A stretch of 64,000 nt of DNA, taken from assembly GCF_009914755.1 (NCBI RefSeq), contig NC_060928.1, one strand, 5' to 3'. Of the stretch, positions 12,926-26,774 are shown one piece after another. A program made the position numbers and the translations under genes. Source of the stretch: the human T2T-CHM13v2.0 reference genome, Homo sapiens. Position 1 is the first letter of the stretch. Each line of letters begins with the position of its first letter. The notes under the pieces were generated by a model that was not told the DNA's origin, made no database searches, and worked only from the letters and a program-made list of their open reading frames with translations.

Positions 12926-15900
12926 CTTGTTGATTCTAATTTCATTTCAGCTTTATTCATTTTCTTTTTGACACAAATGCCTTTGATGGGCATCTCTTTA
13001 AACAAAAGCTTTGAGATTTTAAAAAATTGTAATCTTTGATAACTTCTACATTTATCATCCTCCTTATTTTAACTTTATTTTCTCTTGTTTACCACTACTT
13101 AATCTTCAAGTCTTGAAATCAGCTCAGATTGGAAAATATATGAAAGCCCAGTTCTTGTTTCTTTCCTATTTGCATTTGCTTTTTAGAGAAATCTGGAAAA
13201 ATTAACAAATTAAAAAATGCTTTGTAATAATTATTTCAAATATTATTTCTAGGTTTTCTAATTACATTTCATTCATTGGATATGACAGTTCCAAATATAT
13301 GCACCTTTGTAAATGAAGAGGACAGAATTTTAATCAGAAGAATGAGAAAATAAAAGTGCTATGATTAGAAAAACTTGAGGATTATTCTAACCAGCAAGCA
13401 AAGATCTCTTAAAAACTTCAGGGGAATTGAAGAATGTTTTTTAAAAACAATTACGTGGCAAGAACTCTCGATTGGATAGATAAATACAGGTAATAGATAT
13501 GTTTGAGGTAAAATAGAACCTCAATTTAAATAGATTAATGTAAGAATTTAAAAAATGCTGCTGAACTTGATATATTACAATAATCCTTTCTGGGCTGAAG
13601 GAAATAGAAATAAATAGTAGGAGCAAGCCACAGTGGAAAAAACATACAATCTGTCTCACTGGGTGAGAGGGTTGTCCTGAAAACATCTGACATCTGGAAT
13701 GCCCTTGTCTGCAAGGATGCAAGTCCTCCAAATATCCTAAGGCTAATATAATGCCATCAAGTAAATGGACTTTGTTTATATACGTAGGAATTTTTTAAGA
13801 AATCAAAACATTAAAATTCTCGAAAGCAGTATGATTGATCAATAACTAAATCTATCCATAACTGTGAATTTGCACAACCTGGGCAACAAGCATTTTCCAG
13901 GAATAAATTGCTCTTCATCCATAGTGTGTAAATGACTCTTCCAAAACGATTTTAACAGATGTCACCATTTTATCTTATTTTTTTCTTCCTGTTCCATCTG
14001 CCACTGTCTCAAACTCTCTTTACTTCATTCCTCAGGAACAGCTTTCATCTGCTCTTATTTCCTTTAAATATGTGATAATCTTTGTTCATTGACTCTATTT
14101 TCCTAAGATATGGTTGTTCTAATTAATTTTACCTAAGCTGACATTAGGAGCATTGTAAAAATTAATAACACTCTTACACAAGAATCTGTCTTAATACTAT
14201 GAAATATAATCAGGTTTTCCATTTTTATAAATGTCTTTGTTTAGAGTAAAACAGGTGATGATATGGCTTTATCATCAAGAGACTCACCTCAATGCTAACC
14301 TAAAAAGAGAGGAAATTAGTTCTGATATAGGATCCAACACAATTAAGCATTTTAACTCATGCATATAACAATTTCCTTGTCTCAATCAACTGCTACTCTT
14401 CTGTTATATAATGAATTTCCTTCTTTCAATTATTTTCTAAGAAGCATACTATTTTTGGCATAAAATATTGATTTCCTTAAACAAAAATTCATGATGGTAC
14501 AGCATAAGCATGAAGACTTTAGATTTATGTATGATTTCTGAGCAGCGGCTATTAATTTTGGTCGACTTTGAAAGAACATTTGAATTGATTAGCATAAACT
14601 ATTTTTAAATCAGTAGAGACTGAGTTATCATATACACATAGGTGTGTACATGCATATGTATGTATGTATTTTTCTTCTCTTTTTTTATATAGTAGGAGTA
14701 ATGGGGCAAGATAGACTCATATAGACTAAAGAAAATAAGTTGGCATATTTGAATTGTAGTACACAAAAGTAGAACCTATTATAAATGTATACATGTATTA
14801 AGTATGATGAGTAATTACTCCTGTAATAACTATGTCTCTGAAAATCCTTCCTGGAAAATTGTTTTCTCCTAAATGTGCTGCTGCAGTTAACTTGTATTTT
14901 CCTATTGAAACACTATTGCAATATGCTATGTTGCTTGCTTGCTTGAGTACATGTTACTTGAGTAAACTTTGTGACAGCAGGGAGGGACCACACCTCTCTT
15001 TTCTCATTCTTTTTTCTCCAACAGCTTGTCTAATATATGAACAGAGTTGTGGCTTCATAAATACCCATTAAAATAAATAAGAGGCATATTTTAGGCCCCG
15101 GTCATTCCCGCAAAGTCATGCTCAACCTCAACGCCAGTAATCTGGTATGTTATTTTTTGTTATCTTTTTTTCCTAACAGTGGAATAAGTATTGCAGTGAT
15201 TTTATATTATTATGTCCTATGTTATTTACCCTGCCACTTCCATTGGATACCTTAACACTATCTGTTTTATGCATCACTGCAGAGAAAGGTTGATGAAAGA
15301 TTGATACCTGTCATCTTAGGAAGTCATTTGTGCACTGGTTAAAGCAATTATAGGTGGGATGGTAGTCTCCGAAAAATGTCCATTTTCCTTTTGTAAAGTA
15401 ATTCTGTCATTTATGTCATGTCTCCGTTGATGAGCCCACTGCCTCTCAAACTATTCACTAGCCACTTTCTAATTTTATAATCTTCACACCTTTGGAATTT
15501 GCCAACACAAGAGAGCATTAGACGATTTTCTTGGACTTCATGCTTGATCTGCTTCAATCTATACTCTTTGTTATAAACCTTGATGACTGACAGATCAGAC
15601 CTATCATCTTGGATCCTCTGTTGTGTCATAATTTTGTCTTTGACAGATTATAACTTAAAATGCTGAGATTACTTTGTCAACTTTAAAATATATCTGTAAT
15701 ATTTACAAGTATATCATTTTTGTCTTAAGTACTACAAAATACCTTTCCCTTATGAGAGTCAGTTAAATATTTTTAACTAGTTTCATTAAAAAGTGAAAAC
15801 TATTTTTCATTTCTGAATATGCTATTCTCTTCTAAGAAAATTAGGATAAAGTACTTTCTGTTGAAAATCAAAATTATAAATCTGTTATCTTCAAACTTAC

Positions 15901-16721
15901 TATGTACTTGTGAGGTTTTTATGTTAGGGAGTGCTTGAGTATAATGAGAGATCAATATAAAACCTAGTTTAAGAAACATTTTTGCATCTAAAATCATGCC
16001 TAATAGAAAGCTGAGGCAGTAAAAGTGATGAGCATTCTTGATAAAATTCTTCTTTATGAGTAAAAACAATTCAAGACAAATGTATTATGAATCTGATTTT
16101 TTTTCATATTTATAACAAAATAAAGAATATTACATTATGAAATCATGGCTGGTTTTTACTGAGAGTGTTAAATTGGGGAGAACTAGTTATTTTCTCATAA
16201 GGCTTTTTGTCTGTGGTTACTGTTCAGTTACAACTAATGTCCTTAATGGCAGTGGAAACATCCATATCCACCATATCAGTCACATTCCAAGTAGCTGACT
16301 GTTGAATGCTTGGTGCATTAAGTAAGAGGCACTGGCCAAGAATGTTCAGAAAATTAAAGGGTTGTTAGAATAGAAAGAAAAAAGTTGAAAAAATGTGGTT
16401 AGTGAGAAATGTTATACAGTATCATTCTTTAAATTTGACAGAAAAGTTGATTTCATCGAGAGTAGAAGAGTGGTTGCAAAGTTATTTTTAACATAAGTTG
16501 AATATGTACTTAATTTTTAGTAGGAATGGTATATTGTCTGGATTTGTAGATAAAGCTATTTTTATTTCATCAGTTTCTACAGCCTTTCACCTTTCTTATG
16601 ATCCACTTTATTATAACTATAAATGTTTATCATTTATTATCTTGTATATCTTCTTTTAAATTTTCTTATATGGATCTCTTAGAGTGGTGACCAGATGGCA
16701 GACACTTTTTGTGAGTAACTG

Positions 16722-17469
16722 TGATATGCGCATGCTGGGAAGGGAAGGGAATGGTCCCTTTAAATGATACGGAAGTGGGGAAGGGAAGTGCTGGGTAAAG
16801 GAGGGCATGGTCCCTGGGTAAGGCTTCCCCTGCCTTCTGCCCAAATGTTGCATTCCCTAAGACCACCCTGGGCCGCTATGCCCCCATCCTGTGCCTATAA
16901 AAATCCCCGAAACTCTAGCAGGCAGACACACAAGTGACTAGACGTCAAGAGGATGTCAAGAGGAGCACCCAGGTGGAACACACCGGCAGGCCAGCAGGGC
17001 ATTGACCAGCAGAATGATGCAGAATTTGGCCAGAACAGTTGGAGAAGCTCCACGGCCCCACACCAGGGAAAAACCATCTCCCTTCTGGCTCCCCCATCTG
17101 CTGAGAGCCACTGCCACTAAATAAATCCTTGCACCTATTCTCCAAGTCCAGGTGTGAGCCAATTCTTCCAGTACATCAAGGCAAGAACCTGGGGTACAGA
17201 AAGCCCTCTGTCCTTGCAACAAGGTAGAGGGTGTAATTGAGGTGGTTAACACAAGCCTATAGACATCAACACTAAAAACTATGACACTCGCCCACTGGTG
17301 CTTCAGGAGCTGTAAACATTCACCCCTAGACACTGCCGTGGGGTTGGAGCCCCACAGCCTGCCCATCTGTATCCTCCTCGAGAGGTTTGAGCAGCAGGGC
17401 ACTGAAGAAGCAAGCCACTTCCCCTGTCACATGCCCTGCAAGGGGGACAAGGAAACCTTTCCCCTTTCA
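16722..17469 (+). mobile_element. ERV1 solo LTR of the LTR1 family
   Basis: TG...CA termini (tgatat...tttca); ggtccctttaaatgatacggaag; TATA cctataaaaa at 16896; AATAAA at 17120; GC-richer than flanks; TSD not clear. Confidence 0.8.
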
Positions 17470-17948
17470 GGTGCTATCACATTACCTGTATAAGTAGTCA
17501 TTCCACAAATATTTCTTGAGCTAAATTTAATAGATTTATTATGAAGATTAATTGGAATAAAAAATGCTTCAAGTATAATCACTTCTTTTTATCTGTTATC
17601 TGGGACATAACCAAAAGTTAGAAGCTTAATATTAAAAAGATGATTTTCACACAAACATAGGATAAACATATTTTAAGATTATATACAACTCATCAATGAG
17701 AGAACCAAAAAGAAGGTAAAACTGGTTTAAAAGACATTTTGTGGAACTGGCATATAAAGATAATTTGGGGAGAAATGTTAAAATAAGACTGCTAGATAAA
17801 ATACAGCACTTGTTAATGGCCTATAAAACAGTATATTTATCTTTCATGTTTTCTTTTCTACAAAGAGAAATCTACAAGTTGGCATGTAAATTCATATAGT
17901 CAAAGTTACATACATATAATAACTGTTTTGTTGGTGTGTTTGTAAGCC

Positions 17949-17985
17949 AATGTTCAAGCTTTAATGTTCAAGTTTCAATGTTGAA
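17949..17985. repeat. 14-bp tandem repeat, ~2.6 copies (aatgttcaagYttY)
   Basis: Read directly. Confidence 0.75.
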
Positions 17986-18592
17986 TATTCACCATTGAAA
18001 GCTCCTTCCACACTGTCTTTGCTTTTTTTTTTTTTTGAAGTTTTTAACGACTTTTTTAAATAGAGTCAATAAACTCTTAAATAGGGCCTAATAAATATGT
18101 CTGCTTTTTCCCCAACTGTTTATATGGAAGAAATCTTAACTCCTTTATCCAAAAGAAAACAACTGCTATCATGTTTGTCTCTCTAGGCTGTGAATGGTAG
18201 ACTTGAATCCTGAAATCTAAGGGCCAACCATAAACTGCAACCACAATGTAAAAAGACTTAATGAATTCATTTTCTCAAGAATTTTGCAGAAGAGTCTCGG
18301 TAGAGGAATAATAAGAAATTAGTCACTACAATATAGAGACATTGGTGAATAAAGAGTAATAGATTAGACCTATATAAGGAGTCTGGAGAACAAAAACAAA
18401 AATTTCTTTACCAGAGCCTTGGGGTGGTGGAAGGGAAGAGGGACACAAGGAGAAGCATATGAATACACAGCCATACTTGGATTGTTTTAATCTCATTCCA
18501 GTAGAATTGAATGACTGGCTTGCAAGAACATTGTTAAAGGTCAAAAGTTTAGGCTGCTCCGAAGTAACCTGAATATCTAAAAGATGCTGTGT

Positions 18593-19585
18593 AAAAGAAA
18601 CTACCATCAGAGTGAACAGGCAACCTACAAAATGGGAGAAAATTTTCACAACCTACTCATCTGACAAAGGGCTAATATCCAGAATCTACAATGAACTCCA
18701 ACAAATTTACAAGAAAAAAACAAACCCCATCAAAAAGTGGGCGAAGGACATGAACAGACACTTCTCAAAAGAAGACATTTCATGCAGCCAAAAAACACAT
18801 GAAAAAATGCCCACTATCACTGGCCATCAGAGAAATGCAAATCAAAACCACAATGAGATACCATCTCACACCAGTTAGAATGGCAATCATTAAAAAGTCA
18901 GGAAACAACAGGTGCTGGAGAGGATGTGGAGAAATAGGAACACTTTTACACTGTTGGTGGGACTGTAAACTAGTTCAACCATTGTGGAAGTCAGTGTGGC
19001 AATTCGTCAGGGATCTAGAACTAGAAATACCATTTGACCCAGCCGTCCCATTACTGGGTATATACCCAAAGGACTATAAATCATGCTGCTATAAAGACAC
19101 ATGCACACGTATGTTTATTGCAGCACTATTCATAATAGCAAAGACTTGGAACCAACCCAAATGTCCAACAATGATAGACTGGATTAAGAAAATGTGGCAT
19201 ATATACACCATGGAATACTATGCAGCCATAAAAAATGATGAGCTCATGTCCTTTGTAGGGACATGGATGAAATTGGAAATCATCATTCTCAGTAAACTAT
19301 CGCAAGGACAAAAACCAAACACCACATGTTCTCACTCATAGGTGGGAATTGAACAATGAGAACACATGGACACAGGAAGGGGAACATCACACTCTGGGGA
19401 CTGTTGTGGGGTGGGGGGAGGGGGGAGGGATAGCATTAGGAGATATACCTAATGCTAAATGATGAGTTAATGGGTGCAGCACACCAGCATGGCACATGTA
19501 TACATATGTAACTAACCTGCACATTGTGCACATGTACCCTAAAACTTAAAGTATAATAATAATAAAATAAAATAAAATAAAAAAA
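18593..19585 (+). mobile_element. 5'-truncated L1PA3-like element (ORF2 C-terminus, 3'UTR, A-rich tail)
   Basis: ORF 18799-19341 is the ORF2p C-terminal Cys-rich region ([18 protein letters not shown]); 3'UTR gagaacacatgg, gcattaggag, gctaaatga; TSD aaaagatgctgtgtaaa 18579-18595 / 19678-19694. Confidence 0.95.
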
Positions 19586-19677
19586 GAAAGTTGATTCATA
19601 TTAGAGAAGGTTACTGTGACTTGAGGGCTTTGTGCAATCCATATTTAGAAACAATAAAATTCACAGATAAATTAAAA
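19586..19677 (+). other. L1 3' transduced segment with its own AATAAA and short poly(A)
   Basis: Non-L1 sequence between the L1 tail and the right TSD; AATAAA 19653-19658; A-run from 19674. Confidence 0.88.
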
Positions 19678-22264
19678 AAAAGATGCTGTGTAAATCAAGC
19701 CCTCCAACATGATTGTATTAATAAATATGTTTAAATGCATATGCACAGGCACAGACATGTTGTCTTATTTGTTAATTACTTCAAGGTGTTAGGGCTTGGG
19801 TTTACTAAATTTTAAAACATGATGTTTTTATATATTACTGAATCTAAAAAGAAAAGCAAAAAATATGAAAAAGCAAAATGAAATATTTTATAAAGTGAAG
19901 AAAGGGCATTATACCAAATTTGATGTATTGTAATACTGATGTGTCACATCTAGTTGAGTCAGATGTCTTGTTAGGCTTCATTGCCTACATGCTACCATAA
20001 TTAGAGGTGACAGTTTAGAACATTTTATGTGTTAAAAGACATAAATAGAAGTAAATTCTTCACAATATCAGGCAGGGAATTCTAAGTCAATTGGTCTGGG
20101 CTATCAAATACAGGTGAAAAAATTTCTAAGTGCACTAGAAAAAGGAAAAGCTTAGCTCCAAAAGTTGTGCTAGTGGGGTACTTTAATTATCCTATCAAAT
20201 TATATTTGAAAGAGGACTGATTATTTCAATGCTGAAAAATATACACACAAGAGCAAAATATCATTTTTAAACACAGCAGGCTTCTCTAAGTCCTGTTACA
20301 GGATCTGACTTAAAATGGCAAATGCAGATTTCATTGTGATGTTGATACTCTGTTCCTTCCCCCAAGACTTGCTTTGCAACTTTTCTCACTTGCAAATTTT
20401 CATCCTATAGAGTTAAGTAAGCTTTTAGAGGATTTCACTTGGGATAATTCATTCTTACAGACTCAGTTATGTGTGCAATAATGGCCTATCTATTCTGACA
20501 TTATTGGAAATGAAGAAATGATGTATTTTTTCTTTCACCTGAGGATAAGCCTCGTGAAATCTTTGTTTCAAACACCTTAAGAGTCCCTGTATATTTCCTA
20601 GCTACTTTTAGCTTAAAGTCTTGTACTGTTTGGTGACATGTTCAGCGTAAAAAGTGTCTTACATCCTACAGATTCAAATAAAATTGCTATAAATCATAGG
20701 CAAAAATTAGTGGTTAGTTCATCTGTTAGAATATCTGCCAATGACAAGGTTATTTCAATATCTAGATTGATATTGCATCTTGAAAATAAAATGCTACAAC
20801 TCTTTTCTGTGGAGGGCAAATTTAAAAATAAATTTAACCTATTTATGGGGGGTTAATTTAAAAATCAGTTACTTGTTTTGCAAATGAGATGTGGAAGAAC
20901 TACAGAATGTTAGAATTTAAGTTTTTTTAAAGTATTGAGTCTACTATATCATTTTATTTATGTATTTTATATTGAGATGAATATACATTTAAACAGGGAC
21001 AAGTAATTTTTCTAAAATATAAATTGAAAAGATAAAAGTGAGACTCTCCAATGGGTAGACATAATTTGAGCACACTGATATCACAAGTTTTAATACCTAG
21101 CCTTATAATTTCTAAAGAATATATTATTAAAAGAAATAAAGAAAATTATTATTTAAAAAATAGAGTAAACTTTGCTCCCCCAGGCTCACTTCCGATGTCC
21201 TTGATTTTTTTTATACTTCCTATTTTAGATAACTTCATCTTCTTCTTATTTTCTGTTCACAATATCTTATGCTTCTAACTATGTTGCTAGCCATATTTCA
21301 TCTATGTTAATATATATCTAAATATATCCAGTGACCTTTAGATTACATCATTTTCATTGATAACATCCTAATTCCCAGCCCCATGTTCTTCCTTCAGACA
21401 ATATTGGGTCTAATTTTAAGAATTTGAGAGAGTAGAAGAATAAGAAAAAGACTCGGTGTTCGGGACAAGGGATACATGTTATAGTGACACAGTTGAGAGT
21501 ATCAGAAAGTGTATAGAACTAAATTGGCCCCACAATAGTGGAGGGCCCTAATTTTAACAGCAGTGACTCCTACATAGTAGAATTTCAGGTGACAATTTTA
21601 TTTTCAGATTAATTGATTAGTTGGCTTGCCTTTATTGGATAATTTTACCATTCTGGACTTGTATTACCTATAAAATATTGGCAAATTCATTTTTAAAAAA
21701 GACACTAAGAGATGACTGGGATTCCATATGATATTTGCAGTAGCAGAAAAATCCCCAATTAAACAATGATTACAAACTATGGGAAGCAAATCTAATGAAG
21801 TTCACTGTATCTACCTGGAATACATGGATTTGGGAAGAAAAGCTTAATCAAGCCTATAGACCTAAAATAAATAAAAATAATGGCATTTGCAACTTTTTCT
21901 TTCAATACGTTTTTTCTACTAATTTTTCATGTGTCCCCAGCTTCAGCCCATTACTTGCCACTCTAGTCTTCTCTTTTTTCATTATTCAAACTTAGTCAAT
22001 CACATGTTTTTGTCAATCAACTTACTATTTATTGATCTCCTAAAGAAGACATTCTTCATACATTTGAACCATGTTCTTACTCTTTTTATCCTAGATTGAC
22101 AGTACCTCTCACTTATTTTCATGTTCTAGGCAATGGGTAGCTTTGTTCTGCAGCTAAAATATTCTATGACACTATGATCAAAAGGGCCATTAACAAAAGT
22201 GAATGGACTTTTAATGATGAGAATGTGGGGTTCACTAAGTGTGTTGCATTCTATATGTAAAATG

Positions 22265-22570
22265 TAAGTTTTGGAGTCAAGATTGGAATACAGATTTTAA
22301 CACATATTACAATCCACCATTACAAAGTAAAAGTAATCTGCCATTGCTTTTAGTGGCAAAACCACAATTGCTTTTGCACCATCCTAATACTTTCCATAAG
22401 TGATCTTAAATAGAAAAATATAACTAGAGACTTACTCATATTTAAAATGAAAATAAATAATATGAATGATTAAGTTGTATTATTTTATCTAATGAGATAA
22501 TGTATAAAAGTTTTTAGCACAGTGTTTGAAATATAGTAAATTTTCAATAAACATATTCTCATTACTAGTT
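22265..22570 (+). mobile_element. MIR interrupted by MADE1
   Basis: ttttggagtcaaga...ctcatatttaaaatg...aatgagataatgtataaaagtttttagcacagtg...tcaataaa. Confidence 0.65.
22327..22387. mobile_element. MADE1 (Hsmar1-derived MITE), left TIR damaged
   Basis: gccattgcttttagtggcaaaaccacaattgcttttgcaccatcctaa followed by TA. Confidence 0.85.
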
Positions 22571-23154
22571 AGTATTTTATACTGTAGGTGTATATTTTTG
22601 GAAAGAGTATGCAATAAATGTTTAGCAGTTCTTTTTGCCAATTTTATTTGATGGAATAATGTTTTTAAGTTTGAATCAATGAGGTTTAGGTGAACCTGAT
22701 AAATCGGCAAATTCTAGAAGTTGTCCATGACCCAGTTCTGACTAGTGTATTCCAACTGGATGGTTGTAATTAATTTGTCCAGATATGAACATGTGACCCA
22801 ATCTAGACTTAAAATTAAATCTTAGCTATTCCCTAGATGAGAGAAATAAAATTCCGACCACATCATTTTATTTCCTGACTCTAAAACTAGCTATAATTCT
22901 AGACTTTTTAGTTATACACAATTGTGTTTGAGAGCTATCTCATATCAACTTATGAGATCCATCTATTAAATTTTTAGAAATTTTTTGAGGTCATTTTTAG
23001 ACACAGAAATTATTAAAAATAAACATGTTAATTTATAATTAAATTATATGTAAAACAAGGAAAATAAATTATTTAAATTCATCACTTCCTAAGTATTTCG
23101 CTATATTTTGCTGTGATTTATGCTACCGAAAATATTTACATAGATGAAGTTTGT

Positions 23155-24348
<1,194 letters not shown>

Positions 24349-24634
24349 GAGAGATGATTCTTAAATATTTACTTGCTCACATTGGTTATAAGCTGGTTAT
24401 TAAGAGAGTTAAGTAGTATTTTTACCATATGTTCCTGAGTCAGTTGTACTTGTTAAAGGAGTGTTGCAAGTAATAAACTTTAGCATGTACAATTAGATTT
24501 ATTAATTGGGATGAAAAATGTAGCAGGAAAGTGTTTAATTTCCAAGTAGGAAGTGAATAATATGTGTTGAATGATATACATTAAATATTAAAGAGTCAAC
24601 TGCTAAAGCTCAGATATCAGATCATGTGCCTATC

Positions 24635-25685
24635 TATTGGGGAACCTGCCCTGATATTCACATAGGTTCTTTTCTATTTTCCTTAAGCATTGGCCAGCTT
24701 GAGAAATAAAGGGAGAGAGTACAAAAGATAGAAATTTTAAAGCTGGGCATCTGGGGGAGACATCACATGTTGTTAGGTTCCACGATGCCCCACAAGCTGC
24801 AAAAACCAGCAAGTTTTTATTAGCGATTTTCAAAAGGGGAGGGAGTGTGCGAATAGGTGTGGGTGACAGACATCAAGTACTTTACAAGGTAATAGAATAT
24901 AACAAGACAAGTGGAGGCAGGGCGAGATCACAGGACCACCGGACCGAGGAGAAATTAAAATTGCTAATGAAGTTTCAGGCACCATTGTTATTGATAACAT
25001 CTTATCAGGAGACAGGGTTTTTGAGATCAACCGGTCTGACCAAAATTTATTAGGCAGGAATTTCCTCTTCCTAATAAGCCTGGGAGTGTTATGGGAGACT
25101 GGGGTCTATTTCACCCCTGCAGTCTCAACCATAAGAGACGGCTACCCCCAGGGGGGCCATTCATAGGCCTACCCCCAGGCACGCATTCTCTTTCTCAGGG
25201 ATGTTCCTTGCTGAGAAAAAGAATTCAGTGATATTTCTCCCATTTGCTTTTGAAAGAAGAGAAATATGGCTCTGTTCCGCTCGGCTCACCGGCGGTCAGA
25301 GTTTAAGGTTATCTCTCTTATTCCCTGAACAATTGCTGTTATCCTGTTCTTTTTTCAAGGTGCCCAGATTTCATATTGCTTAAACACACATGCTGTACAA
25401 TTTGTGCAGTTAATGAAATTATTACAGGGTCCTGAGGTGACATACATCCTCCTCAGCTGACAGGATTAAGAGATTAAAGACAGGCATAGGAAATCACAAG
25501 GGTATTGATTGGGGAAGTGATAAGTGTCCATGAAATCTTTACAATTTATGTTTAGAGATTGCAGTAAAGACAGGCATAAAAGTATTAATTTGGGGAACTA
25601 ATAAATGTCCATGAAATCTTCACAATCCACCTTCTGCCATGCTTCAGCCAGTCCCTCCGTTTGGGGTCCCTGACTTCCCACAACA
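24635..25685 (-). mobile_element. MER11 (MER11C-like) solo LTR, HERV-K11/HML-8
   Basis: Reverse complement starts tgttgtgggaagtcagggaccccaaacggaggga; 1051 bp; perfect 6-bp TSD cctatc 24629-24634 / 25686-25691. Confidence 0.93.
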
Positions 25686-26283
25686 CCTATCTATAAAGAT
25701 ATTTTAATGTGTCTTGTTATAAAATGCCAGACTATTTGTAAAAGAAAAGAAAAAAAAAGAATATGCTTGCCAAGAGAAGTTGTATCAAATCAAGACAGAT
25801 AAATGTGTTTATTATAAGACTAAGAAAGCTGAATTCTCCATTTTAGATGAAATATTGTATGAGGAAATTCAAAGAGGAGGGAGATACAGCAGAAAACAAA
25901 ATTGGCATCTGGGGAAATCTGATATTAATGCTCCTTACTAGTTCTTTCTAGCAACTTTATAACCATGCCTGACAAAGTGACAGTTACTCAAACTTTAAAG
26001 AGCCAGCTTCTGTGACCAGCATGGGGGTGCTTGGGAAAAGATTATTTATATCTCTGTCTCTGGCCTAATACTTCACATTGCTCTTGGACAGAGAAGAATG
26101 AAGATCATTTAAATGACATCTAGCAACATGTACTGGGTTTTAACTTCTTTTATTACGAGATGGAAACCTCCAGATTGTGGTTTTGATTCAGGGACCATGG
26201 CTCAATAAAATATCTACCCCTTTTGTTATTAATTTATGATGCAAATAGAAAGAAATTGACTAGAAGAAAGTGTAAATTTTTAG

Positions 26284-26606
<323 letters not shown>

Positions 26607-26774
26607 AGATGCTGAATTTTTAGAGAAGCTACAAGCCTAGTCAAAAAAAGGCTATTATTGCTCAACCTCTAAGGCAAATTCTGTGATGTGAATCTCAAGT
26701 TGCTAGTTACTAAAGTATGACATTTATCAGGAAGAAAACTTTTCTCAATACCTTTCTAAAATATGATCAACATT

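Noticed and set aside
16440-16475. gaaaagttgatttcat resembles the start of the transduced segment at 19586
   Set aside because: Only ~14 nt with gaps and no extension; chance similarity, not a local source
16956-17493. 148-aa and other ORFs in a GC-richer patch
   Set aside because: They lie within the LTR1-type LTR (one runs just past its end) and show no recognisable domains
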